Assembly: GCA_963823665.1 (NCBI GenBank)
Contig: CAWGMQ010000006.1
Coordinates: forward strand, 192,001-256,000
Source: an uncultured Planctomycetota bacterium
GTDB lineage: Bacteria > Planctomycetota > Planctomycetia > Isosphaerales > Isosphaeraceae
DNA length: 64,000 bases
Direction: 5' to 3'
The notes below the pieces were generated by a model. That model made no database searches. It worked only from the letters and a program-made list of their open reading frames with translations, and had not been told where the DNA came from. How positions within the stretch are numbered: position 1 is the stretch's first letter; every line of letters begins with the position of its first letter. A program made the position numbers and the translations under genes. This document shows, one piece after another, positions 10,722-21,199 of this stretch.

Positions 10722-13067
10722 TCAATTTTCCCCGGAATCATCCCCTCCCGCCTCCCCGGACTTCGCACCGTCACCACGGCTCCCCTTCCGAGCATCCGCC
10801 CCCGGCTGATCTTGTTTGGACTGGCTGTCCGCACTCCGCTTCGCCCCGTCTTTTCCCGACGCGTCACCGCTCTGCGACTCGCTTTTCGAATCCGACGTCG
10901 CGTTCTCTTTCTGGGCGTCACCCCGCTGCGACTGCTTGCCGGAGGATTCGCTCGCATTGTCCTTGTGCGCGTCACCCCGCTTTGACTGGCTGTCCTGGCC
11001 CTGCTTCGCACCGTCGTGCTGTGCGCCGCCCTTGCCCCGATTTGACTTGCTATTCGACCCCGCCTCACTCTGCTTCGCACCGTCGTGCTGCGCGCCACCC
11101 TTGCCCCGATCTGACTTGCTATTCGACCCCGCCTCACCCTGCTTTGCACCGTCCTGCTGTGCGCCGCCCTTGCCCCGATCTGACTTGCTATTCGACCCCG
11201 CCTTCGCGTTGACGGCGTCGTTGACAATATACAGTTCGACGTCCCCGTCGTTGTCCAGATCGGCGATCACCTTGCCGGATCCAAAGCCGTGCACGCGCGG
11301 GTCTGGAGCCGGTTGCTTCCCCGACGCCTCGGTGTCACGGTCCGACGACGAACCATTGCGGTTCTGCCCTTGCTGCCCCGGGTTTTTCTGCGAGTTGCCC
11401 GTCTCGTTCCCGCTGCTGTTCTGCTGCGGCTGTTGCGAGCTGGGTTGATTATTCGAGCCCGCCGATGACTTCTGCTCGTTTGAGCTGCCTGGATTTCCTC
11501 GTTGGTACTGCTCCTGATACCCAGCCTTGTTGCTTCCGGGGTTGCTCTGATTTCCCTGGGCCTTCGCCCCCGACTGCCCGGGGTTATTCTGTTTACCTTG
11601 GCTCGTGATTATTGCCCCCGGAACATTGTTCTGTGAATCGGCCGGCTGCTGCTGACGCTCAAAATCATTTACCCTGTAGCCTTCCTTGTCTGCGCTTGTA
11701 GGGTTGCTGGAGAATCTCCTCCCACGTCCGTTGGCACCCTTCATGCCGGCACCATGAATCTGCCCGATCGCCTCGCCACCCGTCGCGCCAACGCCCGCCG
11801 GCTGAGCGTTCTGATCGCCGCCGCCTGGACCTCCCGAAAAATCGACCATCGTCGGATAAGTCTCGACCACATCGACCAGAACCCGGTCAATACGCTCCAG
11901 TCGTTGCGTCAGAGCATCCAGCGTCTCCTGCGCGGATGACGGCGGGGTGATCCGGCGATTGGAATCGCTTCAACGTGCGATCCAGTCGCGCACGGGCCTC
12001 GGTGACTTCCTCCTCCAGACGCGTAAGGATCAGCGCACGTGACTGCCTGATGTATGCCGGAGTCGTCGAAGCGGCCGGCGACGGGATGGGTCCGAGGCCG
12101 TGCTGAAAGATGATCGGATCCGCGCCCGGTTGTTGGTTTGCTCCCCCCTGCCGATCGTTTACTCGCGGTCCTTGTTGCGCCAGCACGCCCGCGGCCGCGG
12201 CCCCCAAGGCGCCCACGAGCACCACCACCGCGGCCAGCTTCAATTTGGTCACGACCATGGTCTTCAGTACCTCCTCGATCAAAATGGCGACACCCGACGA
12301 GATCACGGAAGCAGAAAGTGGCTGTCCCGCCGCGACCAGACCCGCGGCCCGAGCGGTTGATTCGACGAGCGCGCCTGGAAGGGCCGCGCCCTGCGCCCGA
12401 AAGGCAAAACCATCGCGAGTCGCTTGTCCGCGCCGAAGACCCTCTCAGGCACACCCAGTCCGCCACGGCAGAGCCGGGCCCGCAGCAGCTCGCGTGCCCG
12501 TGCAAGACGGGTCTTGAGCGTTCCCACCGGCCAGCCCAGGTGCCTTGCCGCCTTCTCGTGCGTCAGCCCCTCCAGGTCGCAGAGCACGACCGGAACGCGG
12601 TAACGCTCCGGCAGCCGGTCGATCTCCTCATGGAGGTGTTCCACGACGTCTTCCCAATCCCGCGTCTCCCGGAGCAAATCCGGCCTGGCCGCCGCGGCGT
12701 GCCGCTCGTGCTCGCGCACTCGGGCTGCGGACGCCCGGGCTCGCGTGGCGACGCGGCGCGCCACGCGATGAAGCCACGGGCCCAGTGAATCCTGCACCCA
12801 CAGCGATCTTGCCTGCTTGACCAGGATGAGAAACGTGGCCTGGAACGCGTCCTCGGCGTCATGCACTTCAACGAGCGCATGCCGGCAGACCCGCAGGACC
12901 ATCGGCCCGTGCCGTTCGACCAGGGCAGCAAACGCCAGCTCGGCCGCCTCGCCACCCCGGGTCGCAAACCGTTCGAGAAGCTGACCATCCGTCAGGTCCC
13001 CGATCGTTCCCAGGTTGAAGACGGTTCGGAGCTGTTGCCCGAATTTCCCTTTTGGTCTCGTCGTCAC
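10722..13067 (-). CDS. ECF sigma factor with TM segment and long low-complexity C-terminal extension; frameshifts near 12420 and 11930
   Basis: GTG 13067 with GGGAG RBS. GDLTDGQLLERF...AFAALVERHGPMVLRVC...DAEDAFQATFL...LPERYRVPVVLCDLEGLTHEKAARHLGWPVGTLKTRL, then TM (KLKLAAVVVLVGALGAAAAGVLA) and a Q/S/G/N-rich tail across three ORFs. Confidence 0.8.
11001..11203. repeat. Three tandem 69-bp coding repeats (EAGSNSKSDRGKGGAQxDGAKQx)
   Basis: Units start at 11001, 11070 and 11139 with few substitutions. Confidence 0.9.
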
Positions 13068-13312
13068 GCATCGGCTCCCATCTCGCGTGCCGTGACACGT
13101 CTCTTCCATGATAGTAATGCCGGCCGCGGCGCCGGCAGATTGGACTTTCCGAATAAAAAAAGGCCGCTCTCCCTCGTTTGAGAGAAAGCGGCCGGAATCG
13201 CATGACAGCGATGGGTTCACTCCGATGGGCCAGGCACGCCCTGTTTGGCTTACCGGAGACACACAGCCGGCCGGTCAGCCACCCATTCGCCCGCTCTTGT
13301 CTAGCCCATGTC

Positions 13313-13486
13313 TTACTTCGTCTTGTCGTCGGGCTTGGTGGGTGCGGCACCAGGCTTGTCGGCAGGCGCGCCAGCCTTGGCCCCGGGGGCAGGCGCCGCG
13401 CCTTCGTCCGAATTACACCCGACAAAGCAAGCGAACGACAGCACGAGGCTGGAAAGCATCAGACCGACTTTAAGTCCCAACTTCAC
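13313..13486 (-). CDS. Small lipoprotein (57 aa, Pro/Ala/Lys-rich)
   Basis: TAAGGAG RBS before GTG 13486. MKLGLKVGLMLSSLVLSFACFVGCNSDEGAAPAPGAK... with lipobox-like FVGC. Confidence 0.7.
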   Translation of the reverse strand: MKLGLKVGLMLSSLVLSFACFVGCNSDEGAAPAPGAKAGAPADKPGAAPTKPDDKTK

Positions 13487-13964
13487 GGTTGCGCTCCTTA
13501 GAAGAAAATCGCGAAACGAGGGGAGGGAAGGCGTCTCAGAATTTGAATCCCAGGCGATACATTTCGCCTGGGCCCTTTGTCCCAAAGACTTCACGAGAAA
13601 CGACCTCGCCCCACGGCGCCGTCGGATTATAGATGAATTCACTCGGTGACCGCAACGCATAACCCCACTTTTCGTTGCAACCGGCTCGTCCACTCCGGGC
13701 AACCGAATCCACGCGCAACCACCCGCCCAGACTCGATTTCCCCCGCCTCGGCCAATCCGGGTCAAGTACCAGGCCGTTACGTTCGATGATAAATCCGCCA
13801 GACGCGCCGGGCTTACCCCGGTTCACGCTCGGCGCGGTGATCGTGCCGGACTTCCACCAACACCCGTGCGGCGGATGCATGATCAGACCGAAAACCTGTC
13901 GCTTCAATGACTTAGCAAAACAGTTTGGTCACCGGCTTCCTCTCGATTCGAGGCGTACGATACG

Positions 13965-14246
13965 ATGAAACCAATGATCAGCACCGCCGGCTCCGCTCGC
14001 CCGGATCTCTTTACCGCGATCGCCGAGTCGATTCGAACCGTTTCCTCCAAGGCGAAGACCGCGACGATCCGGCCCGAGTCGCGTCTCCTCGAAGAGCTGG
14101 CACTCGATTCTCTCGACTTGGTCGCGGTGATCCTTCAGCTTCAGGATCAGTTCAACGTGGAAATCGATCCCGACGAGATTCCCCAAATGCAAACGGTCGC
14201 CGACCTGGCCGCCAGCCTCGCCAGGCTCCTCCGCCAGGCGGCCTGA
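13965..14246 (+). CDS. Acyl carrier protein
   Basis: LLEELALDSLDLVAVILQLQDQFNVEIDPDEIPQMQTVADL; DSL phosphopantetheine site. Confidence 0.85.
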   Translation: MKPMISTAGSARPDLFTAIAESIRTVSSKAKTATIRPESRLLEELALDSLDLVAVILQLQDQFNVEIDPDEIPQMQTVADLAASLARLLRQAA

Positions 14247-14392
14247 ACGTGCCCATGCCGGTGTGCGTCACGGAAAGAAGCACTGCCTTGACGTTGCCAC
14301 GTCCCGGATGATGCGATGGAGAGACCAAGGAAACCTCCCCTCGACAGGCGAACGGGTCAAGCCATCTTGAAGGCGCCGCCCCTGGATCGTTC

Positions 14393-15119
14393 ATGAGCAT
14401 CGGCGTATTAATCTTCCTGACAGTGGCCATCCTGCTGCTTCCCCAGGTCTTCAAGCACCGGGAGCCGGCGCCCGAGATCCACGGCTTCTTGAAGATCATC
14501 GAGTTCATCTACTGGTCCTATTGCATCATCTGGCATCGCTTGCGGATCGACCGTCGCGCGCCGCTTCCAGCGCACGGGCCCGCAATCTTGATCTCCAACC
14601 ACACCTGCGGGATCGATCACGTGCTGCTTCAGGCCGCGTGCGACCGTATACTCGGGTTCATGGTCGCCCGCGAATACTACGAATACCCGGCGCTCAATCC
14701 GTGGTGCCGGCTCGTCAACTGCATTCCGGTCAATCGCGACGGCCGCGATTTCACCGCCACCCGCGCGGCGCTGCGCGGCGCTCAAGGAGGGCCGCGTGCT
14801 CCCGATCTTTCCCGAGGGGCACATCGTGCCCGAGTCCGGCCGGCGGATTGATGAGATGAAGCCCGGCACGGCCTACCTCGCCTTGCATTCCGGAGTGCCG
14901 GTGATCCCGGCCTACCTCTGCGGCACTCCCGAAACCGACAGCATCGTCAAGGCGCTCGTCACACCGTCGAACTCGCGTATCGTCTTCGGAGAGCCGATCG
15001 ATCTTTCCGACATCCCGGCCGACCGCCCGGCGGATAAGGCCGCCCAGGCCGAGGTGAACTCGCGGTTCAAGGCTGCCCTCCTTGCGTTGCAAACACAGGC
15101 ACTGGCCCTTGATGATTGA
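14393..15119 (+). CDS. plsC: 1-acyl-sn-glycerol-3-phosphate acyltransferase family protein, frameshift near 14775
   Basis: ISNHTCGID (NHx4D), CIPVNR, IFPEG, KPGTAYLALHSGVPVIP across ORFs 14393-14851 and 14796-15119. Confidence 0.8.
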
Positions 15120-15125
15120 GAAGCG

Positions 15126-16164
15126 ATGGCTTCGGTGAGATCCTCTCAACTGGCCTTTCCCGAGCTGAACGAGCTGCTGGCGAGGTATTCTGCCCACGTC
15201 CAACCGGTCTCGGAGGTCGAGTCCTTGGGCGGTGCCGGCGGATACAGCGGGTCGCAGTTCTGGCGCTACAGGGCCCCAGCCGGCCAGCTCGTGCTGCGCT
15301 CCTGGCCCCCCGCCTGGCCGGGCCGATCTCATCTCGATCGAATCCATCGCTGGCTCTTCCTCACCGCAAGCACCGGCTTGACGCCCGTCCCTTTTCGCGA
15401 CACCACCGAGTGCTCCGTCCAGGAATATCAGGGACGACTCTGGGAGCTGACTCCCTGGCTTCCCGGTGCGGCCGACCCGGGCCGGCCGCCTGCGCTCGCC
15501 CGCGTCGCCGCCGCGTTCAGCGGGCTGGCTCGTTTGCATGTGGCTCTCGCTGGCGAAGCCGGCGTCGGAGTCTCGCGCGGCCTGTCCCAGCGGCGCGAAA
15601 CGGTACGCGCACCTGATCGCCGGCGGGTTCGAAACGATCGAAGCCGCCGTCGCAAGCCAGGCGGCATCTCCGATGGAAGCCGCCGCCACGGCCAGGTGGC
15701 TCACGCTGGCTCGCGCCGCTGCGCCCGCCGTGCATGAGCTGCTCGATCGCGCGTCGCTGTTGGTTCTCGACCTCCAGCCCTGCCTCCGCGACGCCCGCGC
15801 CGATCATTTTCTCTTCGAGCAGGAGCGGCTCACCGGCATCATCGACTTCGGCGCGATGGACAACGAATGCGTCGCGGGCGACCTCGCACGCTTGCTCGGC
15901 GAGTGGGCCGGCGCCGACCCCGCAGTCCGGATCACAGCCCGAGAATCATACGACCGCATCCGCCCGCTCAAGCCCGTCGAAGCCTCGCTCGTGAGCGTCT
16001 TCGAAAGCTCGGCCGATCTCCTGATCGGCGAGCGCTGGCTCCGCTGGCATTACCTGGAGCACCGCCACTTCGAAGACCCCCAAGCCGTCCCCAAAGGCCT
16101 AGCCCGCGGCCTGAAACGCCTGGAACGCCTGAAATCAACGCCGCCGAATGAATCCTACTCCTAA
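15126..16164 (+). CDS. APH / choline kinase / type II homoserine kinase-like phosphotransferase, frameshift near 15600
   Basis: GGAGGYSGSQFWR glycine loop, WELTPWLPG hinge, QPCLRDARADHFLF catalytic loop, GIIDFG. Confidence 0.75.
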
Positions 16165-16196
16165 TCCTAATCCTAATCCTAATCCTAATCCTAATC
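16151..16196. repeat. Hexamer microsatellite (AATCCT) x7 plus partial unit
   Basis: aatcct actcct aatcct aatcct aatcct aatcct aatcct aatc, spanning the phosphotransferase stop codon. Confidence 0.95.
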
Positions 16197-16222
16197 TCAC
16201 TCCCTCTCCCCCGATATAAACC

Positions 16223-17035
16223 TCAGCTCCTCCCCCCCTCAATCATCAACTTCCCCACCTCCTCCTGGTTCAAGCTCACCCGCCTGATCGAAATCGCTTT
16301 CCCACTCTGCGGATCGATCCCCACGAGCGCCCCGTTCAATCGTGGGTCACCGCTGGCCACGTCAAAGTGAGCCGGCACACACGAGAGCGTGGCCGACAGA
16401 ACGCGATCGTATCGCCGCCCCAGGATCGAATCATGAGGCCCTGTCATCCCCACGTCCGTTTGATACGCTGTGCCGTTCTTGAGAATCTGTTCGTCCGCCG
16501 TGGCCACGTGCGTGTGTGTTCCCAGTACGGCAGAGACCCGTCCGTCCATGTATCTCCCCAGAAGCTGTTTCTCGCTGGTTGCCTCGGCGTGCACGTCGAC
16601 GATGATCACTCGTGTTTGCCCGCCGATCTGTTCGATCAGCCGGTCCGCGGCTCGAAACGGGCAGTCGACGGGCTTCATGAACGTGCGGCCGATCAGGCTG
16701 AACACGGCAACCTTGGTGCCGTCACGGGCGTTGACAACAGCCAGCTCCGGCCCCGGTGCCTCGCTCGGATAATTCGCCGGGCGAAGGACAGTCCTGGTCC
16801 GGTCGAACACCTGATGGATCTCGTCCTTGCGGTAGATGTGGTCTCCCATCGTCATGACGTCGACCCCCGCCTCGGCAATTTCTTCGTAGCAATCAAGCGT
16901 CAGCCCCGAGCCGCCGGCCGCGTTCTCGGCGTTGCAGACGACCAGGTTGATCCCCCATCGCGGAATGATTCGCGGCAGTGCCTGGCCCAGGATCTTCCGG
17001 CCGGGCGAGCCCACCACGTCACCGATGAAGAGCAC
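16223..17035 (-). CDS. ymdB: YmdB / TIGR00282-type metallophosphoesterase
   Basis: LFIGDVVGSPGR, NAENAAGGSG, TMGDH, LRPANYP, DVHAEATSEK, GTHTHV, YQTDVGMTGP; directly downstream of rny. Confidence 0.9.
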   Translation of the reverse strand: MLFIGDVVGSPGRKILGQALPRIIPRWGINLVVCNAENAAGGSGLTLDCYEEIAEAGVDVMTMGDHIYRKDEIHQVFDRTRTVLRPANYPSEAPGPELAVVNARDGTKVAVFSLIGRTFMKPVDCPFRAADRLIEQIGGQTRVIIVDVHAEATSEKQLLGRYMDGRVSAVLGTHTHVATADEQILKNGTAYQTDVGMTGPHDSILGRRYDRVLSATLSCVPAHFDVASGDPRLNGALVGIDPQSGKAISIRRVSLNQEEVGKLMIEGGRS

Positions 17036-17104
17036 CGAGAAGGCCGCCTGCGTGCTCGAAGGTTCGTCTGCCGTTAGATCATTCTGTGCATAGGAATGTT
17101 CATC

Positions 17105-18664
17105 TCAGCGAGCGAATTCGATGGATCGGGTCTCGCGGAGCACCGTCACCTTGACTTCGCCCGGATAGGTCAAGTTGGTTTCGATCGTCTGGGCGATCTC
17201 GCGGCACAGGGCGGCCGCTTCGGCGTCGCCGAGCTGCTGGCTGTCGACGAGCACGCGAATCTCGCGGCCGGCCTGGATGGCGTAAGCTTGCTCGACGCCC
17301 GGAAAGCCCAGCGCCAGTGCTTCCAGCTCCTCGAGCCGGCGGACGTATTTCTCGAGCGTTTCCCGCCGGGCCCCCGGCCGGCTGGCGCTGATCGCGTCAG
17401 CCGCCGAAACCAGAAGCGTGTAAGGGGTCTCGATCCGCAGGTCGTCATGATGCCCCAGCGCCGCGTGGATCACCTCCCGGCTTTCTCCATACTTTCTGGC
17501 CAGCTCGGCTCCCACCGCCGGGTGCCCTCCCTCCATCTCGTGGTCGGCCGCCTTGCCGATGTCGTGCAGCAGACCGCACCGCCGGCCCAGCTCGCCGGAC
17601 AGCGAAACCTCCTCCGCGAGCATCCCGGTCAGATACGCCACCTCGAGCGAGTGGCGCAGCACGTTCTGCGAATAGCTCGTCCGGAAATGAAGCCGGCCCA
17701 GGTAGTGCACCAGCTTCTCGTGCAGCCCCACGACGTTGGCCTCGAGCGCGGCCTCCTCACCGAGCCGGCGGATATGACGCTCCATGTCTTCATGTGTTTC
17801 CTTGACGATCTCTTCGATCCGGCTCGGGTGAATGCGGCCGTCTTCGATCAGCTTCTGGAGCGCGAGCTTGGCCACCTCGCGGCGCACGCTGTCAAATCCC
17901 GAGACGATCACGATTCCGGGCGTATCGTCCACGATCACATCGACTCCGGTGGCCTTCTCGAATGCCCGGATGTTTCGCCCCTCGCGGCCGATGATCCGCC
18001 CCTTCATGTCGTCGTTCGGAATGTCGACAGTGCTCACGGTCACCTCCGCCGTGTGCGCAGCGGCATACCGCTGGATCGTCGTCGTCAAGATCTCCCGGCA
18101 TTTCTGCTGGCAGCTTTCCTGCACGAGCGCCTGGTACTTGAGTACGCGGTTCCCCACTTCGGCCGCCAGCTCCCCTTCCACGCGCGAGAGCAACATCTCG
18201 CGCGCCTCATCGCGCGAGAGCCGTGAGATCCGCTCGAGTGCCTCGACCTGGGCGGCCAGCTTCTGCTTCATCTCGACTTGCTGCGCAACCACGCTTTCGC
18301 GCTCGACCGAGATCTCTCGCAGACGTTCGGCCGTCTCGGTTTCCCGGTTCGTCAGCAGTTCGAGTTTCTGGTCGAGCAGGTCCGAGCGCTTCTCGAGTCG
18401 TCGCTCCTGCTCGTGTGAAGACACCCTCTTGGCGTCGATCTCCTGGTCGAGTTCTTCGCGACGCTTGAGGCTCTCCTCCTTGGCGACCAGCTCAGCGTGC
18501 CGCCGCGTCGTCTCGGCCTCGCGGTGGGCATTCACGACAATCTGCTCGGCTAATGCGCGGGCAGTCTGAGCCCGCAGCCTGGCGAGAACGTACACCCCCG
18601 CCAGCCCGATGACCAAACCCACGAGCAGCCCAACAAAGCTCTCCAAGGGAACTGCGCCCACCAA
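17105..18664 (-). CDS. rny: Ribonuclease Y
   Basis: N-terminal TM, coiled coil, KH domain ([16 protein letters not shown]), HD domain (GLLHDIGKA), C-terminal [11 protein letters not shown]...[12 protein letters not shown]. Confidence 0.95.
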   Translation of the reverse strand: MVGAVPLESFVGLLVGLVIGLAGVYVLARLRAQTARALAEQIVVNAHREAETTRRHAELVAKEESLKRREELDQEIDAKRVSSHEQERRLEKRSDLLDQKLELLTNRETETAERLREISVERESVVAQQVEMKQKLAAQVEALERISRLSRDEAREMLLSRVEGELAAEVGNRVLKYQALVQESCQQKCREILTTTIQRYAAAHTAEVTVSTVDIPNDDMKGRIIGREGRNIRAFEKATGVDVIVDDTPGIVIVSGFDSVRREVAKLALQKLIEDGRIHPSRIEEIVKETHEDMERHIRRLGEEAALEANVVGLHEKLVHYLGRLHFRTSYSQNVLRHSLEVAYLTGMLAEEVSLSGELGRRCGLLHDIGKAADHEMEGGHPAVGAELARKYGESREVIHAALGHHDDLRIETPYTLLVSAADAISASRPGARRETLEKYVRRLEELEALALGFPGVEQAYAIQAGREIRVLVDSQQLGDAEAAALCREIAQTIETNLTYPGEVKVTVLRETRSIEFAR

Positions 18665-18857
18665 GTCCCCCTGCCCTCTCCACGTGAGAAGAGAACACTC
18701 CGCCCCGCATCCGGCATCTCGCCAGCGAATCGGCAGAAAGCTTCAAAGGGAAGGCGAAGACTGCCGGCCAACCCTTGCCAGGTGCCCATTCGGCCCGACA
18801 GCAATCCCCGCGCAGCAAGAGAAGCCACGCAGCCTCAAATTAGCGTGGCCATCGCCT

Positions 18858-18885
18858 ACTCTATCAGAAGCGATCGCGAGGTCAA
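18858..18885 (-). promoter_or_regulatory. Possible sigma70 promoter for rny (TTGACC-16 nt-TAGAGT)
   Basis: Near-consensus hexamers on the minus strand about 190 nt upstream of the rny start. Confidence 0.4.
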
Positions 18886-19820
18886 TCATCCGGCGCTCTT
18901 CCAGTCTCCCTCTCCCTCTGGGAGAGGGCCGGGGTGAGGGTCCCCGCCCCCTCCGCCGCGCTGAAGTACGCCGCGTCGCGAGCTTCCCACTCCTGGTATC
19001 CGATCAGATCGTAAAGCTCGCCTCGTGTTTGCATGCGGTCGATCAACCCGCGCTGGGTCCCTTCGGCACGCAGGGTGGCGAGCACTTCATACGCAGCCTT
19101 CATGGCCGCTCGCATCGCCGAGAGTGGATAAATCACCGCCGTGTATCCCATCGCGGCCAGTTGATCGAACGGAATCAGCGGGCTGCGGCCAAACTCGGTC
19201 ATATTCGCCAGCAGCGGCGCCTTCACTTCCTGTGCAAACCGCGCAAACTGCTCGGCCGACTCGAGGGCCTCGGGAAAGATCATGTCGGCGCCCGCGGCGA
19301 GATAGGCTCGCGCTCGCCCCACGGCTGCGTCAAAACCCTCCACACTCAGCCCGTCGGTCCGGGCGACGATCACGAAATCCCGGTCGCGGCGAGCGTGCAC
19401 CGCCGCCCGGATCTTCGCGGCCATGCTTGCGGAATCAATCAGGGATTTCCCCGAAAGGTGTCCGCACCGCTTGGGAAGGGTCTGGTCTTCCAGATGTAAG
19501 CCGGCGACACCGGCCTCCTCGTAGAGCCGCACCGTGCGCTCGACGTTCAGGGCTTCGCCGAACCCGGTATCCGCGTCGCACAAAACCGGCAGTGAGGTCG
19601 CCCGAGCCAGCACCGCCGCCTGCCCGGCAAACTCCGTCTGCGTGAGCAGCCCGATGTCCGGCAGCCCCGCCCACCCCGCGGATAGCGCCCCGCCGGAAAG
19701 GTAAACCGCCGCAAACCCGAGTCGCTCGGCCTGCTTGGCGACGAGCGCGTTGAACGCCCCAGGAATCATGATCGGACCAGCCGACCACGCTTCGCGCAAC
19801 CGGGCCCCGGGTGAACTCAT
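18882..19820 (-). CDS. prpB: 2-methylisocitrate lyase
   Basis: YLSGG, GLPDIG, DADTGFG, HLEDQTLPKRCGHLSGK, IVARTD, GADMIFPE, LANMTEFG; AAGGAG before ATG 19820. Confidence 0.9.
   Translation of the reverse strand: MSSPGARLREAWSAGPIMIPGAFNALVAKQAERLGFAAVYLSGGALSAGWAGLPDIGLLTQTEFAGQAAVLARATSLPVLCDADTGFGEALNVERTVRLYEEAGVAGLHLEDQTLPKRCGHLSGKSLIDSASMAAKIRAAVHARRDRDFVIVARTDGLSVEGFDAAVGRARAYLAAGADMIFPEALESAEQFARFAQEVKAPLLANMTEFGRSPLIPFDQLAAMGYTAVIYPLSAMRAAMKAAYEVLATLRAEGTQRGLIDRMQTRGELYDLIGYQEWEARDAAYFSAAEGAGTLTPALSQRERETGRAPDD
18906..18941. repeat. REP-like palindrome CCCTCTCCC-TCT-GGGAGAGGG-CCGGGGTGAGGG inside the prpB 3' end
   Basis: Perfect 9-bp stem; near-identical second copy at 59706-59741. 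Confidence 0.8.
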
Positions 19821-19976
19821 CGCCGGCTCCTTCATGACATCACAAGCGTTACTTACAGCCCGATAGTCTATGTTACGTGTGCCTGGTTCGAGCTACCACT
19901 GAACAGCAAGCGATCACCCGTGTACAATGAGGTCAAGTGTCGCGGACGACGTGTTCGGAAATCAGGATACCGGATC

Positions 19977-20193
19977 ATGCACGCAGTCTCGATTCAGGAT
20001 GCCCAAACCAAACTGGCCGCGTTGATCCAGGGGCTCGCACCGGGGGAAGAGGTCGTAATCACCGAAAACGACCAGCCGGTGGCGAAGCTGGCTCGCGCCG
20101 AGCCCAGTGATCAATGGCCCTGTAAGGCGGGGAAGCGCCAAGGACACGGTTCACTGGATGGCGCCGGACTTCGAAGCGCCGCTTGACGCGTGA
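19977..20193 (+). CDS. Phd/YefM-like antitoxin with DUF2281-like tail, +1 frameshift in G run near 20130
   Basis: MHAVSIQDAQTKLAALIQGLAPGEEVVITENDQPVAKL; removing one G gives ...AGSAKDTVHWMAPDFEAPLDA-stop. Confidence 0.75.
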
Positions 20194-20248
20194 TCAAGTC
20201 CCATAGCCTGCCCCTGCGCGAGCGACATGCCTGCAAGAAGAGACCGTA

Positions 20249-20824
20249 ATGCCTCGTTTCGCGGACTACCATCGAACCGTCGTCGGCTATCACGGAACGC
20301 AGAAATCCACGGCCCACCGTGTCATCCAGAATAGAGAATCCTACAAAAGAAGCGAAAACAGCGCCGACTGGCTCGGGCACGGTATTTACTTTTGGGAATA
20401 CGCTCCGAAACAAGCATGGGCCTGGGCGGACCAGCGCCGGAAGCTCCAAAACTGGGGAGAGGAAGTCGCTGTTCTGGCAGCCATGATTCGACTGGGCAAC
20501 TGCTTCGATCTACTCGATCCGGACAACCTCGATGTTCTCGCTGGCTTCCGGCTCGAATACGAGCACCGATAACGACAGGCAGGACAAGTCGCCGCGAAGA
20601 ACTACAACAAGTCCAAGTACTTGGACTGTGCCGTATTCCAGTTCGCCTACGCGGCGTTCGATCTTCAGAACGACCGCGTCGACACGTGCCGAGCGGTATT
20701 CGTCCCCTCGAACAAGCGGCTCTGGACTCGAAGTGGCGTTTATCGGGATGCTCACATTCAATTGTGCGTCCGAAACCCGGAATGTATACTGGGTTCGTGG
20801 CTGGTGAAGCCAATGGAGGAATAG
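20249..20824 (+). pseudogene. ADP-ribosyltransferase-fold-like protein (191 codons) interrupted by in-frame TAA at 20570-20572
   Basis: ORFs 20249-20572 and 20621-20824 are in the same frame: ...EYEHR*RQAGQVAAKNYNKSKYLDCAVF... Motifs VGYHGT, DWLGHGIYFWE, HIQLCVRNPECI. Confidence 0.6.
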
Positions 20825-20827
20825 CGA

Positions 20828-21073
20828 GTGGCGTTTACGTCAGAGGAATCGGCTAACGTTCCCATGTCTCTGCGAATGAGACGGGTTCTCGCTGCGATCA
20901 AGAAAATGTCGCCCGCCGAGAGCTTCGAGCTCCTCGTAAGAGCAGGACTGATGAGCGCGGCAGAAGCCGAGGCAGCAGCAGCCCGCCACAGTTCAGCCGA
21001 AACACCCGCACAAAAAGCCAAATCGCGACGACGTCAATCAGCGCCGCCGGGCACAAGGTCTCTGAAGACCTGA
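20828..21073 (+). CDS. Small hypothetical protein coupled to the ART-like gene
   Basis: GGAGGA RBS inside the upstream gene end; GTG 3 nt after its stop; helical-looking AIKKMSPAESFELLVRAGLM. Confidence 0.55.
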   Translation: MAFTSEESANVPMSLRMRRVLAAIKKMSPAESFELLVRAGLMSAAEAEAAAARHSSAETPAQKAKSRRRQSAPPGTRSLKT

Positions 21074-21199
21074 GCGTGTCGGGCTCCGCGCCAAGTCATC
21101 TCCTGCTCGAATGCGGCTGCGCACGTGCATTAGGCCTCTCAACGCACTCAGAGGTTTTGCCATCACGAGGACGCGAGCCGTACGCATTCCCGATGACTT

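Noticed and set aside
11001..11203. Possible CRISPR array
   Set aside because: Units are contiguous 69-bp in-frame coding repeats with no unique spacers, and there are no cas genes.
13490..13964. ncRNA or riboswitch in the divergent intergenic region
   Set aside because: No recognisable conserved motif or terminator; consistent with two divergent promoters.
13965..16164. PKS/NRPS cluster or aminoglycoside resistance gene
   Set aside because: No ketosynthase or adenylation domains; an APH-like fold alone does not indicate resistance.
16151..16196. Telomere-like repeat or eukaryotic contamination
   Set aside because: Short, internal and flanked seamlessly by bacterial genes; the unit is not TTAGGG.
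18665..18880. 6S RNA upstream of rny
   Set aside because: Size and position fit, but I see only local hairpins and no 5'-3' rod with a central bubble; an Rfam search is needed.
20570..20572. Stop-codon reassignment or selenocysteine/pyrrolysine readthrough
   Set aside because: The codon is TAA, which terminates other genes here normally; a point mutation or base-call error is simpler.
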